A stretch of 64,000 nt of DNA from Candidatus Thorarchaeota archaeon (GCA_963726195.1 CAVSBO010000008.1:1-64000); one strand, 5' to 3'; positions 10,563 to 21,284 are shown, counted from the stretch's first letter. Notes: generated from the sequence alone by a model not told the origin. Translations and numbers: made by a program.

Positions 10563-11120
10563 ATGCTCTATGTGAGAGCTGATATATCGGCCGAGATTGA
10601 TGATAGAACGATGAAAGCCACATATGCTGTTGTCATTCTCAGGATTCTTCTGACACCTGTATTCTTCTATGCATTCATGTGGGGCTTCACTGAGGTGTCG
10701 ATTCTTCTTTATGTCGCAGCATTTGCGTCTGACATTGTAGACGGACGTTTGGCAGAGATGCAGGGAATAATCCTTCGTTCGACTCTCGAAGCCTATCTTG
10801 ACCCAATTGCAGATTTCGTGTTCATAATCATGTCTTTCTTTGCACTCACTCTTAGACAAATCTATCCCGCCTGGATTCTAGTTGTGCTTGTCTTCATGTT
10901 TCTGTTCTTCGTCATCTCGTCGAATAATAGAGAGCCGGTCTACGACCCTGTGGGAAAATACTATGGCGTGTTTCTGATGACAGCAATTGGTATCACTCTC
11001 CTCTTTCCAACGGACCCGGTCTCAAATTGGGTGCTGCTTCTCATCATTGCGTATACGCTTGGATTGGTCATCTATCGAACAATCTTTCTCTGGAAGAGCC
11101 ACATGAGGACGCAAGACTGA
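10563..11120 (+). CDS. CDP-alcohol phosphatidyltransferase family protein
   Basis: DIVDGRLA...LDPIAD signature; multiple TMs. Confidence 0.9.
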   Translation: MLYVRADISAEIDDRTMKATYAVVILRILLTPVFFYAFMWGFTEVSILLYVAAFASDIVDGRLAEMQGIILRSTLEAYLDPIADFVFIIMSFFALTLRQIYPAWILVVLVFMFLFFVISSNNREPVYDPVGKYYGVFLMTAIGITLLFPTDPVSNWVLLLIIAYTLGLVIYRTIFLWKSHMRTQD

Positions 11121-11165
11121 TTAGGGAAATGAGAATGGAACAAGCAGTATTGTGAGGCAGACACT

Positions 11166-11711
11166 ATGAACAAGAGGCGCATTTGCATGCTTCTTTTCGT
11201 GATTACGATTGCAGGATTGGTTACTACTGCAGCGATTGTCCTCGCCCTCAATAGTCGTGAGATTGTCCGTGATTTGGAAATCCAGAATCCGACTGGATCA
11301 AAGGGCACTGCTTTTGTTGTATTTCGACCAGGTGTTTCGGGCTTCAATGAGGATATTGTCAATGCATTCATTCGAGGCTTGATACAGTCGGATTGGCGAG
11401 TAGAAGTAACAACAAGTTCACAGCAGACCCCAACAAACATGACATCGTACAACCTAATCGTGTTAGGAGCGCCAACTAACGGAGGAAAACCGCATCAATC
11501 GATGCTAGACTATCTCGCACGCGTCAACTTCGGAGGAAAACCGGTTGTATTGATTGTAACATCCGGAGGAGACGGAGTGGGTTCAATGGGCTATTTCAGG
11601 AATGCAACTATCAATGCAAATGGAACTGTTCTTAGTGAGCTCCGTTTCCAGCTCAATGAATCGGGTGCAGCAGACAGAGCTTATACTGCTGGAACTGAAG
11701 TTACATTATAG
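11166..11711 (+). CDS. Membrane-anchored flavodoxin-like protein
   Basis: N-terminal TM; YNLIVLGAPTNGG and GKPVVLIVTSGG flavodoxin strands. Confidence 0.75.
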   Translation: MNKRRICMLLFVITIAGLVTTAAIVLALNSREIVRDLEIQNPTGSKGTAFVVFRPGVSGFNEDIVNAFIRGLIQSDWRVEVTTSSQQTPTNMTSYNLIVLGAPTNGGKPHQSMLDYLARVNFGGKPVVLIVTSGGDGVGSMGYFRNATINANGTVLSELRFQLNESGAADRAYTAGTEVTL

Positions 11712-11791
11712 ACGCTGGGACAGACAAGTCTTATGACATCCGGCCAATCAGTGATAACAACCTGAGACTACATCTTAATGACTGGCACGAA

Positions 11792-12553
11792 CTAGGGTGT
11801 TTGTCCTGTCGTGTTTTCCTTCGGGCGCTCATATGTCACGATGAACTTCACCTGCTTTGCGTCCGGGTTCAATTTGAGAACATCAGCCGCAACACCAATC
11901 TCTGCGTACTGAACTCCCTCAAGGTAGCGTGTTTCCTTCGGCATCTCTATAGTGATAGTGTCCTTTGAGGGCGAGACGACATACTTGTCTGCTGGCAGGG
12001 AGGGTATTCTCCTCTTGATGACAGCGAGGATTTTCTGAACAGGTTCTCGCACCATCTCTTTTACAGTTACGTCGAAGACTAGGGTCTTTCCTGCAAGAGG
12101 AGGATTGAAGTCCACTCTCAACTGACGTCCAAGGTCTGCAGTTATCGTACCCTGTTCGTTTCCAACTTTCACTTGTTCTCCCTTTATCGGACGCACGCCA
12201 GACTTCAGTATCTTTGCACGAGGAATCAGTTTTAGCTTCTTTGGGTCCCTTATTCCTGCTCCCTTCTCAGGCGGAATCTCAACCGTCTTGCTTTCCCCAA
12301 CCTTCATGCCGACAAGTTGTTCCTCGAGGGTCGGAAGCAGCCATTTCCATCCGATGGCGACAAGCATGGGCTCGTAGCGGTCGTTTTCTTTGAATAGCCC
12401 CTCCTTCTTCGCGATCTCCTCCAGCGTAAGGTCGAAAATCCTCCCGTCCTCTTTCGTTCGAGCAACATAATCGATGTATATCAGATTGCCATCACTGACT
12501 ACGTTCGCATCACCTTGGGCGCTCTCGCCTTTTCGGCTTGCTTTCTCAGGCAT
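11792..12553 (-). CDS. Long-type archaeal FKBP peptidyl-prolyl isomerase (SlyD-like)
   Basis: IDYVAR...IFDLT, GMKVGE, VDFNPPLAGKTLVF. Confidence 0.93.
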   Translation of the reverse strand: MPEKASRKGESAQGDANVVSDGNLIYIDYVARTKEDGRIFDLTLEEIAKKEGLFKENDRYEPMLVAIGWKWLLPTLEEQLVGMKVGESKTVEIPPEKGAGIRDPKKLKLIPRAKILKSGVRPIKGEQVKVGNEQGTITADLGRQLRVDFNPPLAGKTLVFDVTVKEMVREPVQKILAVIKRRIPSLPADKYVVSPSKDTITIEMPKETRYLEGVQYAEIGVAADVLKLNPDAKQVKFIVTYERPKENTTGQTP

Positions 12554-12599
12554 CTTGATTCCTTCGTTTTATTCTAGATTGGATTCTGGAGGTTCAGTT

Positions 12600-13214
12600 T
12601 CACTGTTTATAAAATGGTTTCCGTTGCGGCGGCATCTCTCCCCTGAGCACATGGATTTCCTCGAAAAAGAGATGCTGTCGGAAGTTGTCGCTAATGGTCA
12701 TTCCATGGCCCTCCATTGCGTTCTGGACCAGCTTGACATCGCCGAGAGTCGACACAACGACATAGATGGACCCCGATGGCAGAACGTGTCTTGCCGCTTG
12801 GTCAAGGAATCGCATAGCCAGTTCCGTGCCAACGGTCCCTCCAACGAGTGCATGATCTAAGTCCGTTCTATTACCGTCGTCTGGCAGGTATGGGGGATTG
12901 AATGCCAGAGCCGAGAAACGAGCAGAAGGGTGAATGGATGTCAGCAAATCCGACTGTACGATAGAGCAAATTCCCTCCAATCCGTTGCTTTTTGCATTCT
13001 GAGCAGTGTTTCGGACCGCAGCCGAAGAAACGTCCGACCCTACGACCAATCTTGTCTCTTTCGCAGCATTCAGAGCGATTAACCCTGTTCCGCACCCAAC
13101 CTCCAGGAAGCTATCGCGTGGTCCAAGGGTGATTGCCTTGAGAAGAAGATACGTGTCTTCAGAAGGAGGATAGACACCCGGGTTGACTGTGATGTTGAGT
13201 GCCTTGTCTCTCAT
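12600..13214 (-). CDS. HemK2/PrmC-family protein-glutamine methyltransferase
   Basis: VYPPSEDTYLL, LEVGCGTG, FNPPYLP. Confidence 0.92.
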   Translation of the reverse strand: MRDKALNITVNPGVYPPSEDTYLLLKAITLGPRDSFLEVGCGTGLIALNAAKETRLVVGSDVSSAAVRNTAQNAKSNGLEGICSIVQSDLLTSIHPSARFSALAFNPPYLPDDGNRTDLDHALVGGTVGTELAMRFLDQAARHVLPSGSIYVVVSTLGDVKLVQNAMEGHGMTISDNFRQHLFFEEIHVLRGEMPPQRKPFYKQ

Positions 13215-14078
13215 TTCGGATTGCTCCTTGGATCACGAAGCATTCCGTTTTCAATCATGTCAAGCACAGAGTCTGAGAGTTTGACAAGATCCTCTAGGCC
13301 TAACTCCCTGAGGCGCTCATTTCCGGTGAAACTGCCCAGACAGCTTCTGACGAGCCTTTCCGAGGTTCTCATCATCGTAGTGAAGGTTTCGAAACGAAAT
13401 CCTCAGCGCTTTGCGTAACTGCTTGTTGGGATACGAATAGATGCTCCGTATTAACCAGTGGAACACAGTATTGTCACGGGCGTGGGGGCCTGACGAACGC
13501 GGCACTACTCTTACAACCGTTGAATCGACCTTGGGCACTGGATAGAACTCTCGAGCTTGCACGTTCCTTATTCTTTCAATGTCCGCCCTGTAAGTCACAT
13601 CAATTGTCAAGCGAGAGTAATCGCGCGACCCGGGCCGTGATAACAGCCGCTCTGCAAACTCTTTCTGATACATTAGGACCGCGCTCTCGAATGGGACCTC
13701 GTCCAGCAGTCTGAATGTGATAGGTGAGGATATACTGTATGGCAGGTTTGCTACAACCTTGTTGGACGCGGGCAAGCTGACGCTCAAAGCATCCCCTTCG
13801 ATGACATCAAGGTTTTCAGGTTCCCCCAGTAGATCTCTGAGAGCAGCAACCAGAGCCTTCTCCTTCTCGATGACGTAGACCTTGCGCGCAAGCGGCACGA
13901 TTAACCTAGTCAGAATCCCCAGGCCCCCACCTATCTCCAAAACGGTATCATCGCTATTGAGATCCGCCGCACCCACGATTTCCCGTGCTATTGAGCTGTT
14001 AGCGAGAAAGCTCTGGCCGAGGTTCTTCCTAGGCGTGATGCCGTACTTGCCAAGCAGGGACCTGACATTGTCTGACAA
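13211..14078 (-). CDS. rsmA: 16S rRNA m6,2A dimethyltransferase KsgA/Dim1; frameshift near 13380
   Basis: LGQSFL, LEIGGGLG, ANLPYSIS, PVPKVDS. C-terminus ...RLRELGLEDLVKLSD... in the shifted frame ends at an ATGA overlap at 13211. Confidence 0.92.
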
Positions 14079-14103
14079 TAGAGCTCACCAACGCTAGAGT
14101 CGC

Positions 14104-14697
14104 TCATCTCGTGAGTGATTCTTCGTCTCTAGGCGGGGGCCGGACGAAGAGCCACCGTCTGGTGTCCTCACTTAACTCCGTAATGATTCTGGCTGTGACT
14201 GCCTTCTTGGGATTCTGCAATTTGGTGCGTGCTGATATGTCCTCGAAGCTCTTGAAAGGCTCCTTCTTCCTCTCTTCAAGAAGGGCCCACATAAGCGTCT
14301 GTCCAATTCCCGGAAGCAACTGCAAGGAGTGCATTCTCGTAGTTAACGGCTGTGCTTCGTTGAAGAACTGAATGAATCTGTTCTCGTGCTTTGTGACGAT
14401 TATTTCCACGACCAGAGGCAGTTCGGAGACACTCTCAGGCGCGAGATCCTCGTACACGAGGCGGCGCTTCACATAGTCTACCTTGCCGTTCGCAGTCTTT
14501 TGGATGGATACTCGTTCGTGAGAGTGAGTTCTTGCTCCTGCTGCTGGTATCAGTTCCAATAGAGTGAAGTGAGACTCACCGACGGCATGTATTACGGTCT
14601 CTCCTCTCGTACGCGATGGACGCAGATGCAGCTTTGGTGGTATGACTGCCAGGACATATGCATGGGTCTCTGACAATCTGCCTTGGGCTCCATCCAT
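14104..14697 (-). CDS. DUF655 family putative RNA-binding protein
   Basis: AVGESHFTLLEL, FFNEAQPLTTRMHSLQLLPGIG; in the conserved rpl21e-rpo4-DUF655-ksgA cluster. Confidence 0.9.
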   Translation of the reverse strand: MDGAQGRLSETHAYVLAVIPPKLHLRPSRTRGETVIHAVGESHFTLLELIPAAGARTHSHERVSIQKTANGKVDYVKRRLVYEDLAPESVSELPLVVEIIVTKHENRFIQFFNEAQPLTTRMHSLQLLPGIGQTLMWALLEERKKEPFKSFEDISARTKLQNPKKAVTARIITELSEDTRRWLFVRPPPRDEESLTR

Positions 14698-14818
14698 CTG
14701 ATTTCACTCCTGACACGAACAGGCTGCATTGAGCATGACGAATGCGATTTACGATAAAAACCAATCGGGCCGTGAACGAATCACGTGAGTTCGGCATAAG
14801 GAATCAAGATATGGTCGA

Positions 14819-15160
14819 TTACTTCTCGGCTCTGCTCTTCTCAACCATGTCAACAATCTCGGCTATTTGTTCGTCAGTAACTGAGCTCGATCTCGCGTCA
14901 AGTATCGTCCTCATCTCTTCTGGTGTAACCGGCGCGATATTGACGACTTGAACAGCCAAAGACCTTGTGATATTGTAGCTCTTCATGAGCTTCTCAATTA
15001 CCTTCGTTGCAACTGCTGGAGGCATTTTCGAGAACGTGTTTGCGTGTTCAAGTGTGATTGACTGCTGGAAGGAGAGCTCTCCCTCCTTTGCACGCTTGCT
15101 GAGGAACTTCTTGACTTGAGGAAGACTGATTTCCTCCTCACCAATAATCTCCTTAGGCAT
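14819..15160 (-). CDS. rpo4: RNA polymerase subunit Rpo4 (F)
   Basis: ELSFQQSITLEHANTFSK...VNIAPVTPEEMRTI; synteny. Confidence 0.9.
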   Translation of the reverse strand: MPKEIIGEEEISLPQVKKFLSKRAKEGELSFQQSITLEHANTFSKMPPAVATKVIEKLMKSYNITRSLAVQVVNIAPVTPEEMRTILDARSSSVTDEQIAEIVDMVEKSRAEK

Positions 15161-15170
15161 GTCCTAACAC

Positions 15171-15467
15171 TCAGCCTCTGCTTGGTCGAATGTGTTCAGG
15201 TCTGACAATAAGGGTTCTCACGGCCTTGCCGAAGGCCACATCAACAATGACTGCCCTGCCCCTCTTGGAACTGATGACTCCGGTTCTGCCTTGGTATCTG
15301 CGATGTGGCATTCCTTTGTGGACACTTGGGTTAATGACTATGTTGACCCGCTGCCCAACCTCGTATTCTGTGAGTATGCTGCTGAGAGGCGCAATACCTC
15401 GTGTGCGGACGTTCTTGCTCATCAGAGCACGTGTCCGAGCACGGTAGCCATGACTCTTCTTGACCAT
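15171..15467 (-). CDS. rpl21e: 50S ribosomal protein L21e
   Basis: SHGYRARTR...HKGMPHRRYQGRTG...RPEHIR. Confidence 0.97.
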   Translation of the reverse strand: MVKKSHGYRARTRALMSKNVRTRGIAPLSSILTEYEVGQRVNIVINPSVHKGMPHRRYQGRTGVISSKRGRAVIVDVAFGKAVRTLIVRPEHIRPSRG

Positions 15468-15558
15468 GAAGCATCATCCACTTGCAGTTGTACCTCAGCT
15501 TGTCAGAGGTCGAGGACACGGTGTGCCCAAATTCCTGAGAGAACCCTTTGGTGGACAC

Positions 15559-16936
15559 TTAAGCGTTATGGTCCGTTTCCGGGTCATGAATGGACAGCAC
15601 AGTCAGTTCGATGCATACACACTCAGAATGTAGAAGGTCGGACAAAGAAGGAACAGTCCTGCCATTGTCCCCAGAGATCAGTTCCTTCACATAAGTTCCC
15701 CCTTGAACCTTGAACATTCCCCGCAGAATACCATCATCAGTGCTACTGAGTTGCACTTCATACACCCACTTCTTTCTAATCAAGTCTCTCCTTCGATGAG
15801 ATACCCGCGTCGGAGTCCTCTGACTTATCTCAATATCTGAGAGGCCGTTCTCAGCCAACCGCAGAGCTTCTTCGGTCGGGGCGTTGGCAACCTTAATCAT
15901 GGCCAAGTACTCCTTGATATTGTGCGACGCCTCATGCTTGAGCCTTTGCGCGTATTCTCTTTCTGTGAATTGAAGGTCTAAGACTTCGACTTTACCTGCG
16001 GCCTGCTGGTTGATTGTTCGAGCAACAGCGTCAAGGTCAAGAGTTCGTATTCGCGGTTCGGATATTTCAACAACAAAGGGGCGACCTGATCCCAGCATCA
16101 GCGCATCGATATCCTCCCTGCCCGCCGCATGGAATTTGAAACGACTGCCTTGTGCCGCGCTCTGAACAGGGATGCCGACATACTCTGAAACAGAGTCCGG
16201 ATATCTCCTGCCAGTGCCTCCACACGATTCACAGCCTCTTCCCCCACAGGCCGTGCAGTCCCACCTGCTTTGAGGAATGCCTCTTACGAGCTTCCGATAG
16301 CGTCCGTAGACAAACAACGGATTAATCTGAAGGTTCAGAGAATCCGATGCCATATCATAGATGACTACCAGCTCAGGACGCTCGAAATCTGCCCGCTTTT
16401 CCTAGGGCTTTCTGGGCCTGCTTTCCTAGCTCTCGGTTAAGGTCTGCCTTCAGAGGTTCTCCTCGAAGGAGACTGTGACGTGCTCTCAGTTCGTCTTCTC
16501 GTTCTGCCACGCTCGGTATTGGCGTACATCCAACCAAGAAATTGTTGAACTCAATGCCTCTTGTCTCTTCAACCATCCTTTCCACCATGGCAGGAATTCG
16601 GTCAAAGACGCTCATGCCATCAACAAAGCAAAGATAACATCTCTCAGCGGGAGCATAGTCTATGCCATTCTTCTTCGCGAGAATCTTCGCTGGCTCGAAC
16701 ATTCCATTGCTTGCCAGATTGACGAGAAGCTTCATGCCGCTATCTCTGTCACCAGACTTTAGCAGCTCATCTGCCTTCATTGAGAGAAGAAGTTTGATTG
16801 ACCTGCCACGTTCATGATTCGAGGTGCCGGTGCTCAGCCACGCAAACTGGCGTCCCAAGCATTGATCACAGAGAGGATACTGCATGAGCAGCTGGTCGGC
16901 GGCTTCTAAGGGATCTTTCTTTTCTGAATCTCCCAT
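15559..16936 (-). CDS. pus10: tRNA pseudouridine(54/55) synthase Pus10; frameshift near 16400
   Basis: LCDQCLGRQFA N-terminal Zn site; GREDIDALMLG catalytic motif; QRTPTRVSHRR; GGTYVKELISGD. Confidence 0.93.
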
Positions 16937-16958
16937 CTGGCAGAACCTCTCTTTGGCA

Positions 16959-18257
16959 TCAACGCTGGGCAGGCCACATAAAGCTGCTCTTCGATATCGG
17001 GCTGAGACGTCGTACTACTCGGAGACCCAGACGGAATGCACGAGGATCCGTGAGCAGGTTCCTTATGATTCTCCATTGCATGTCCATATCTCCTTCTCTC
17101 TCGACGGTCTCAAGGAGACCGAGCTCCCTCGCGCCCTTTACTAACGCGTCCAAGCCCTCGTCGGATAGCGATAGTAATGCCTTCTGCGCTAAGAACATGG
17201 CCCGAAGGTCCTTCATGAATGCTGAATGCCAAGCCCGTTGATAACGCTCAAGGTAACCCTCCGAGCAATCTCTCTCTGAAATCGCAGAAGAGGCAACCCT
17301 GCCTGCGATGGTTCCGGCCATTCCTCCGAAAATCACTCCTCCTCCAGTTGTCGCCTTCACCATTCCTGCGGCGTCTCCGGCGACTAGTACTCCTGAAGTG
17401 AACGTCTTCTTGATGGGCATACCGACAAGTACCGTCCCACCACGGCCTTTTTCGACGGATGCCCTTGAAAGTCTCTCACTCATAATACGATGATGCTGAG
17501 TGGCCGCGTTCAGGCGTGCTTTTGAGGAGCTGAATGTCGCAAGACCCACTCTTGCTCGGCCTTCTCCAAGAGGTATAATCCATGCGAAGAAACCCGGGGC
17601 GACTTGCCTGCCATAATACATCTCAGCAACGTCATTGTCGACCTCTGCTCCCCGCATTTCGTACTGATAAGCAGGATACTTGCTCGATTTGGGTACAACT
17701 GGCAGCCCGATGGACTTTGAGAGATTGCAGACGACTCCCTCTGCATCAATTACAATAGCAGCATGATAGTGTCTCGTTTCTCCATCTTGATGAGCCGTCA
17801 CACCGGTCACCTTGCCATTCTCCAAGTCCAGCGTTCTGACTTGAGCATCTGTGATGATGGTTGCTCCTTGATCTTGAGCCCCTTTAGCAAGCCACATGTC
17901 GAACTTGTGCCTGTCTACAACAACAGCCTCACGGCGGCCACGTTCGATCAGTAAGGAGTGACCCGAGGGTGAATAAATCCGTGCTGCATGCACTGTGTTC
18001 AGAATCACGTCTTTAGGTGGCTCAAGTCTGAGTGATTTGAGACCGGATAAGCTAAGAAGACCTGCACAGTGGTCTGGTTCTCCGATAGTGCTGTGCTCTT
18101 CAAGAACGACTACATCATGACCATTTCTCGCTATCGTGCGTGCAGCCAGCAACCCAGCTGGTCCTGCGCCTACAACAACAGCGTCATGGTCTAGACTCGT
18201 CATCACATCCAGTAGAGCTACTAGCACCTTTTTATCTGTCGTCTTATTTGGGTCCAC
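16959..18257 (-). CDS. Geranylgeranyl reductase family FAD oxidoreductase
   Basis: VVGAGPAG, FAWIIP, GDAAGMVKATTGGGV; true start probably about 18206. Confidence 0.9.
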   Translation of the reverse strand: MDPNKTTDKKVLVALLDVMTSLDHDAVVVGAGPAGLLAARTIARNGHDVVVLEEHSTIGEPDHCAGLLSLSGLKSLRLEPPKDVILNTVHAARIYSPSGHSLLIERGRREAVVVDRHKFDMWLAKGAQDQGATIITDAQVRTLDLENGKVTGVTAHQDGETRHYHAAIVIDAEGVVCNLSKSIGLPVVPKSSKYPAYQYEMRGAEVDNDVAEMYYGRQVAPGFFAWIIPLGEGRARVGLATFSSSKARLNAATQHHRIMSERLSRASVEKGRGGTVLVGMPIKKTFTSGVLVAGDAAGMVKATTGGGVIFGGMAGTIAGRVASSAISERDCSEGYLERYQRAWHSAFMKDLRAMFLAQKALLSLSDEGLDALVKGARELGLLETVEREGDMDMQWRIIRNLLTDPRAFRLGLRVVRRLSPISKSSFMWPAQR

Positions 18258-18269
18258 AGTGATAACCGG

Positions 18270-18650
18270 ATGGCGGCCGACCTAACTCAGAGGGTCTTCA
18301 AGTACAAGCAGGTAATCGCTGTACGAACTGACTTAGACATGAGCCGAGGCAAGATTGCAGTTCAAGTGGCACATGGCGCGCTATGTGCGGCAGAACGCGC
18401 AAGAGTAACTCGTCAGGAGGTTTGGAAGGCTTGGATAGGCGAAGGGCAGAAGAAGGTTGTCGTAAAGGTTTCCTCAGTGAATGAGCTTTTGGATCTGGAA
18501 CGTCTTGCTATAGTTCATCGGCTGCCTAATGCATTGATACGCGATGCAGGGATGACCGAGCTTCCGCCGGGCACAATCACAGTTGTAGGGATTGGTCCTG
18601 GCCTTTCTGAGGAGATTGACAAGGTGACTGGCAGTCTCAAGCTACTTTGA
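18270..18650 (+). CDS. pth2: Peptidyl-tRNA hydrolase Pth2
   Basis: KQVIAVRTDLDMSRGKIAVQVAHG, IRDAGMTE, GIGP. Confidence 0.96.
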   Translation: MAADLTQRVFKYKQVIAVRTDLDMSRGKIAVQVAHGALCAAERARVTRQEVWKAWIGEGQKKVVVKVSSVNELLDLERLAIVHRLPNALIRDAGMTELPPGTITVVGIGPGLSEEIDKVTGSLKLL

Positions 18651-18659
18651 GGGAACATA

Positions 18660-20006
18660 GTGCAGCCCGCACACCCTTTTGAACAGTCCATCGGCATGGC
18701 ATTCTATTGCACAGATGCCCCTGGTATCGGTGGGAGTCTTAGAAATCGTTTCGAGGACTTTGTGGTCGAAGAGATCATGCCATCTGGTGAGGTGTTAGAA
18801 TCTGGAGATTGGCCCACAGGAATGCCGGATGGCAGGACAGAGCCTATCGGAGGGTCGTCGTCCAAGTATGTTCAATTTGCTGTTCAGAAGATGGGGCTTT
18901 CTACTCTAGACCTAGCGAATATTCTAGCTGCCGCTGCCAAGACCCCACGGCACTTGGTGGGTTATGCTGGCCTGAAGGACAAACGCGCCGTTACGGTTCA
19001 AGCGATGTCTCTGCCTACGCAAGCGTTCAAGTCGCTGGAGAAGGCTCACCTTTCGAGAATCGCAATTCGTGCACCGCAGTATGTTCGTCGCCCAGTTCGG
19101 GTCGGCGATCTGTGGGGTAATCGTTTCACGGTGATGTTGAGGGGCGTTGAAGTTGATTGCGACACGGCACTTGATTTGGCGAATTCTCTTGCCGGGCAAC
19201 CGATACTCAACTACTTCGGAGTGCAGAGGTTCGGTGTCGTCAAACCATTGACACACCTCATAGGCAAATCGCTTGCAAAGAAAGACTACGAAGAAGCAGT
19301 ACGACTGATGCTTTCAAGAGCAGACTCTGAAGAAGAGGCTGTGTCGGCCGCGGATGAACTGGGGGTTCTCGAGGATTCTGCCTCTGAAGAGACTTCTTCA
19401 GATCGGTCGTCGAATATCGTGAAGTACGAAGAAGAAGTGGCAAAGTATCTCGCCAACCATCCGAGTGATTATCTCGGAGCCCTCGCGAGAGTGTCTCCTC
19501 GAGTGCTGACAATTATGGTGCATTCCTATCAATCGTACCTCTTCAACCGTTTGATAAGCCTACGTGCAAAGAGTGGCCTTTCAATCCATGAGCCAGAGCC
19601 CGGCGATTTCTTGATTCAGCTTGATCAGACACACTCAGGAAGAGACTCTTGGACGTATGTAACTGACCGCAAGCTTGACGAATGCACGGCGTTGGTTGAG
19701 TCGGGCAGCCACGGTCTTGCAGCTCCCGTACCTGGGTATTCAACAAAGACGCCACCTTCGAAACAGTCGGATTTGCTAAGGGAAATCTTGAGGGCGGAGG
19801 GTATAGACCTGAGGCAATTCAGAAATGCAAAGGTCAGGTCGTTGGATGCGCCCGGCGGCCTGCACCCAGTATCAATCGCACCTATCGACATGCATGTACA
19901 ATGCACTGACGAGGGAATCATGCTTAGATTCTGTCTCAGAAAAGGCTCCTACGCCACAGTTGTCCTTCGGGAACTCATGAAGACCGATCCCGTGAAACTT
20001 GTCTAG
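18660..20006 (+). CDS. truD: tRNA pseudouridine(13) synthase TruD
   Basis: EDFVVEE, YAGLKDKRAVTVQ, NYFGVQRFG, KGSYATVVLRE. Confidence 0.96.
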   Translation: MQPAHPFEQSIGMAFYCTDAPGIGGSLRNRFEDFVVEEIMPSGEVLESGDWPTGMPDGRTEPIGGSSSKYVQFAVQKMGLSTLDLANILAAAAKTPRHLVGYAGLKDKRAVTVQAMSLPTQAFKSLEKAHLSRIAIRAPQYVRRPVRVGDLWGNRFTVMLRGVEVDCDTALDLANSLAGQPILNYFGVQRFGVVKPLTHLIGKSLAKKDYEEAVRLMLSRADSEEEAVSAADELGVLEDSASEETSSDRSSNIVKYEEEVAKYLANHPSDYLGALARVSPRVLTIMVHSYQSYLFNRLISLRAKSGLSIHEPEPGDFLIQLDQTHSGRDSWTYVTDRKLDECTALVESGSHGLAAPVPGYSTKTPPSKQSDLLREILRAEGIDLRQFRNAKVRSLDAPGGLHPVSIAPIDMHVQCTDEGIMLRFCLRKGSYATVVLRELMKTDPVKLV

Positions 20007-20590
20007 CGTCTGGCCTGTCTCTGAGCGAAGGTTTTCATCTTCTGGTCGAAGTCATCGGGTGCTGCCTTCGGTTTCTGGGGAATACCTTCCTCTTGGTACT
20101 GGAATATCGCCTGCTCCTCCATAACCGCAGATACGATTTGTCTTAGTTCTTCGAGAGAATACCTAATCCTGGCTTTGTCCTCTGTGCGGAGCATGACTAT
20201 GTTTTCTCTGGAACCATCTGGGAGATACAGACTGTTCACCCCGGACTCTATTGCTGGATAGACGAAATCTCTCACGAGTTTTCTGAGGGTGATTGGACGT
20301 TCAAGAATCACGACTTCACCATAGGCTGCTTTCATTTCCTCAACAAAATCGGGCAGTGACAGCAAAACATCCTTGCTTTTCTTGTTGACAACCAGAATCA
20401 GTTTGTCTGATACATTCAGGGCACGAAAGAGAGTGATGCCCTCAATCGGCGGGAACTGCTCTTGTCTTGTGAGGACGTATTTCGAGAAATCGACATCAAA
20501 CTGAGTTATCAGTCCCTTGTCTAGCTTCTCTTGGCAGCTTGAGCACAAGGCTCCAGATTCGAGGTCGGCAACGCAAACTGGTAGACGCAT
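20003..20590 (-). CDS. Conserved archaeal NusA-like/KH-type protein with N-terminal Cys cluster
   Basis: MRLPVCVADLESGALCSSCQEKLDKGLITQFDVD matches the recalled family pattern; start ATG20590. Confidence 0.65.
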   Translation of the reverse strand: MRLPVCVADLESGALCSSCQEKLDKGLITQFDVDFSKYVLTRQEQFPPIEGITLFRALNVSDKLILVVNKKSKDVLLSLPDFVEEMKAAYGEVVILERPITLRKLVRDFVYPAIESGVNSLYLPDGSRENIVMLRTEDKARIRYSLEELRQIVSAVMEEQAIFQYQEEGIPQKPKAAPDDFDQKMKTFAQRQARR

Positions 20591-20664
20591 TCTAGGATTC
20601 CTCGCCCATGAGAGCGCCAAGTGCGGCTGGCTTCCAGGCGAGGGTTGTGCGACACTCAAGTTAC

Positions 20665-20985
20665 TTATCGTGCTAGAGCTATGTCGATAGTCGAGACGTT
20701 AAGGTCACTGCCTTTCTCCGTCTGCACAGTAGTAGTACCAATGGTAATTGACGCGATCTTCAGTTCAGACATGAACCGGTGTCGCGTTATCTCAGCAACA
20801 TCCACCGCTCTACTGATTAGTCGTCCTCTCGCCTTTATGGTGACTTCCGTGGCTCCTTTGTTGAAGAGGGTCACGCACGCCAGAACGTAACTCATCACGT
20901 TCTTTCCACCAACTAGGATGGTCGATTTCGGCTTGCTGGCAGCCTCACTATTGGCGTTCTCCTCTGTCACAGAAGGCTTTCCCAC
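20665..20985 (-). CDS. albA: DNA/RNA-binding protein Alba
   Basis: KNVMSYVLA, IKARGRLISRAVDVAE, NVSTIDI. Confidence 0.96.
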   Translation of the reverse strand: MGKPSVTEENANSEAASKPKSTILVGGKNVMSYVLACVTLFNKGATEVTIKARGRLISRAVDVAEITRHRFMSELKIASITIGTTTVQTEKGSDLNVSTIDIALAR

Positions 20986-21149
20986 CTAGCGTCACTCAAT
21001 TGGGCATGTGTCCTAATCTAGGCGCTTCTAATATTGGTTTCGATTGCCGGGGCAGTCTCGGGCATGACTCGCATAGATGCTTGGCCTGAAGTCGGACAGA
21101 GAAGCTCCGGCACAAGATTCTGAACGATCCTAGGGGCACGATATGGTCC

Positions 21150-21205
21150 TTGTTCAGAACAACACGCAATCGAGCTCGAATCTGAAGTCGGCAAATCATC
21201 AGTTT
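21150..21205 (-). ncRNA. Probable C/D box guide sRNA
   Basis: TGATGA (box C)-TTTGCCGACTT-CAGA (D')...TTGCGTGTTGTT-CTGA (box D). The D' guide is antisense to AAGUCGGCAAA, which I recall as a conserved LSU rRNA segment. Box C' is poor. Confidence 0.6.
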
Positions 21206-21284
21206 GCGATGCCCGATTCATGTTCAACATTGCGGAAGGCTTTTCTTCTGACAATCTGGGCCTTTGTGATGGAAGTTCCGAGTA

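Noticed and set aside
20996-21254. ORFs 21018-21254 and 20996-21199
   Set aside because: No motifs; the gap is better explained by divergent promoters and a C/D box sRNA.
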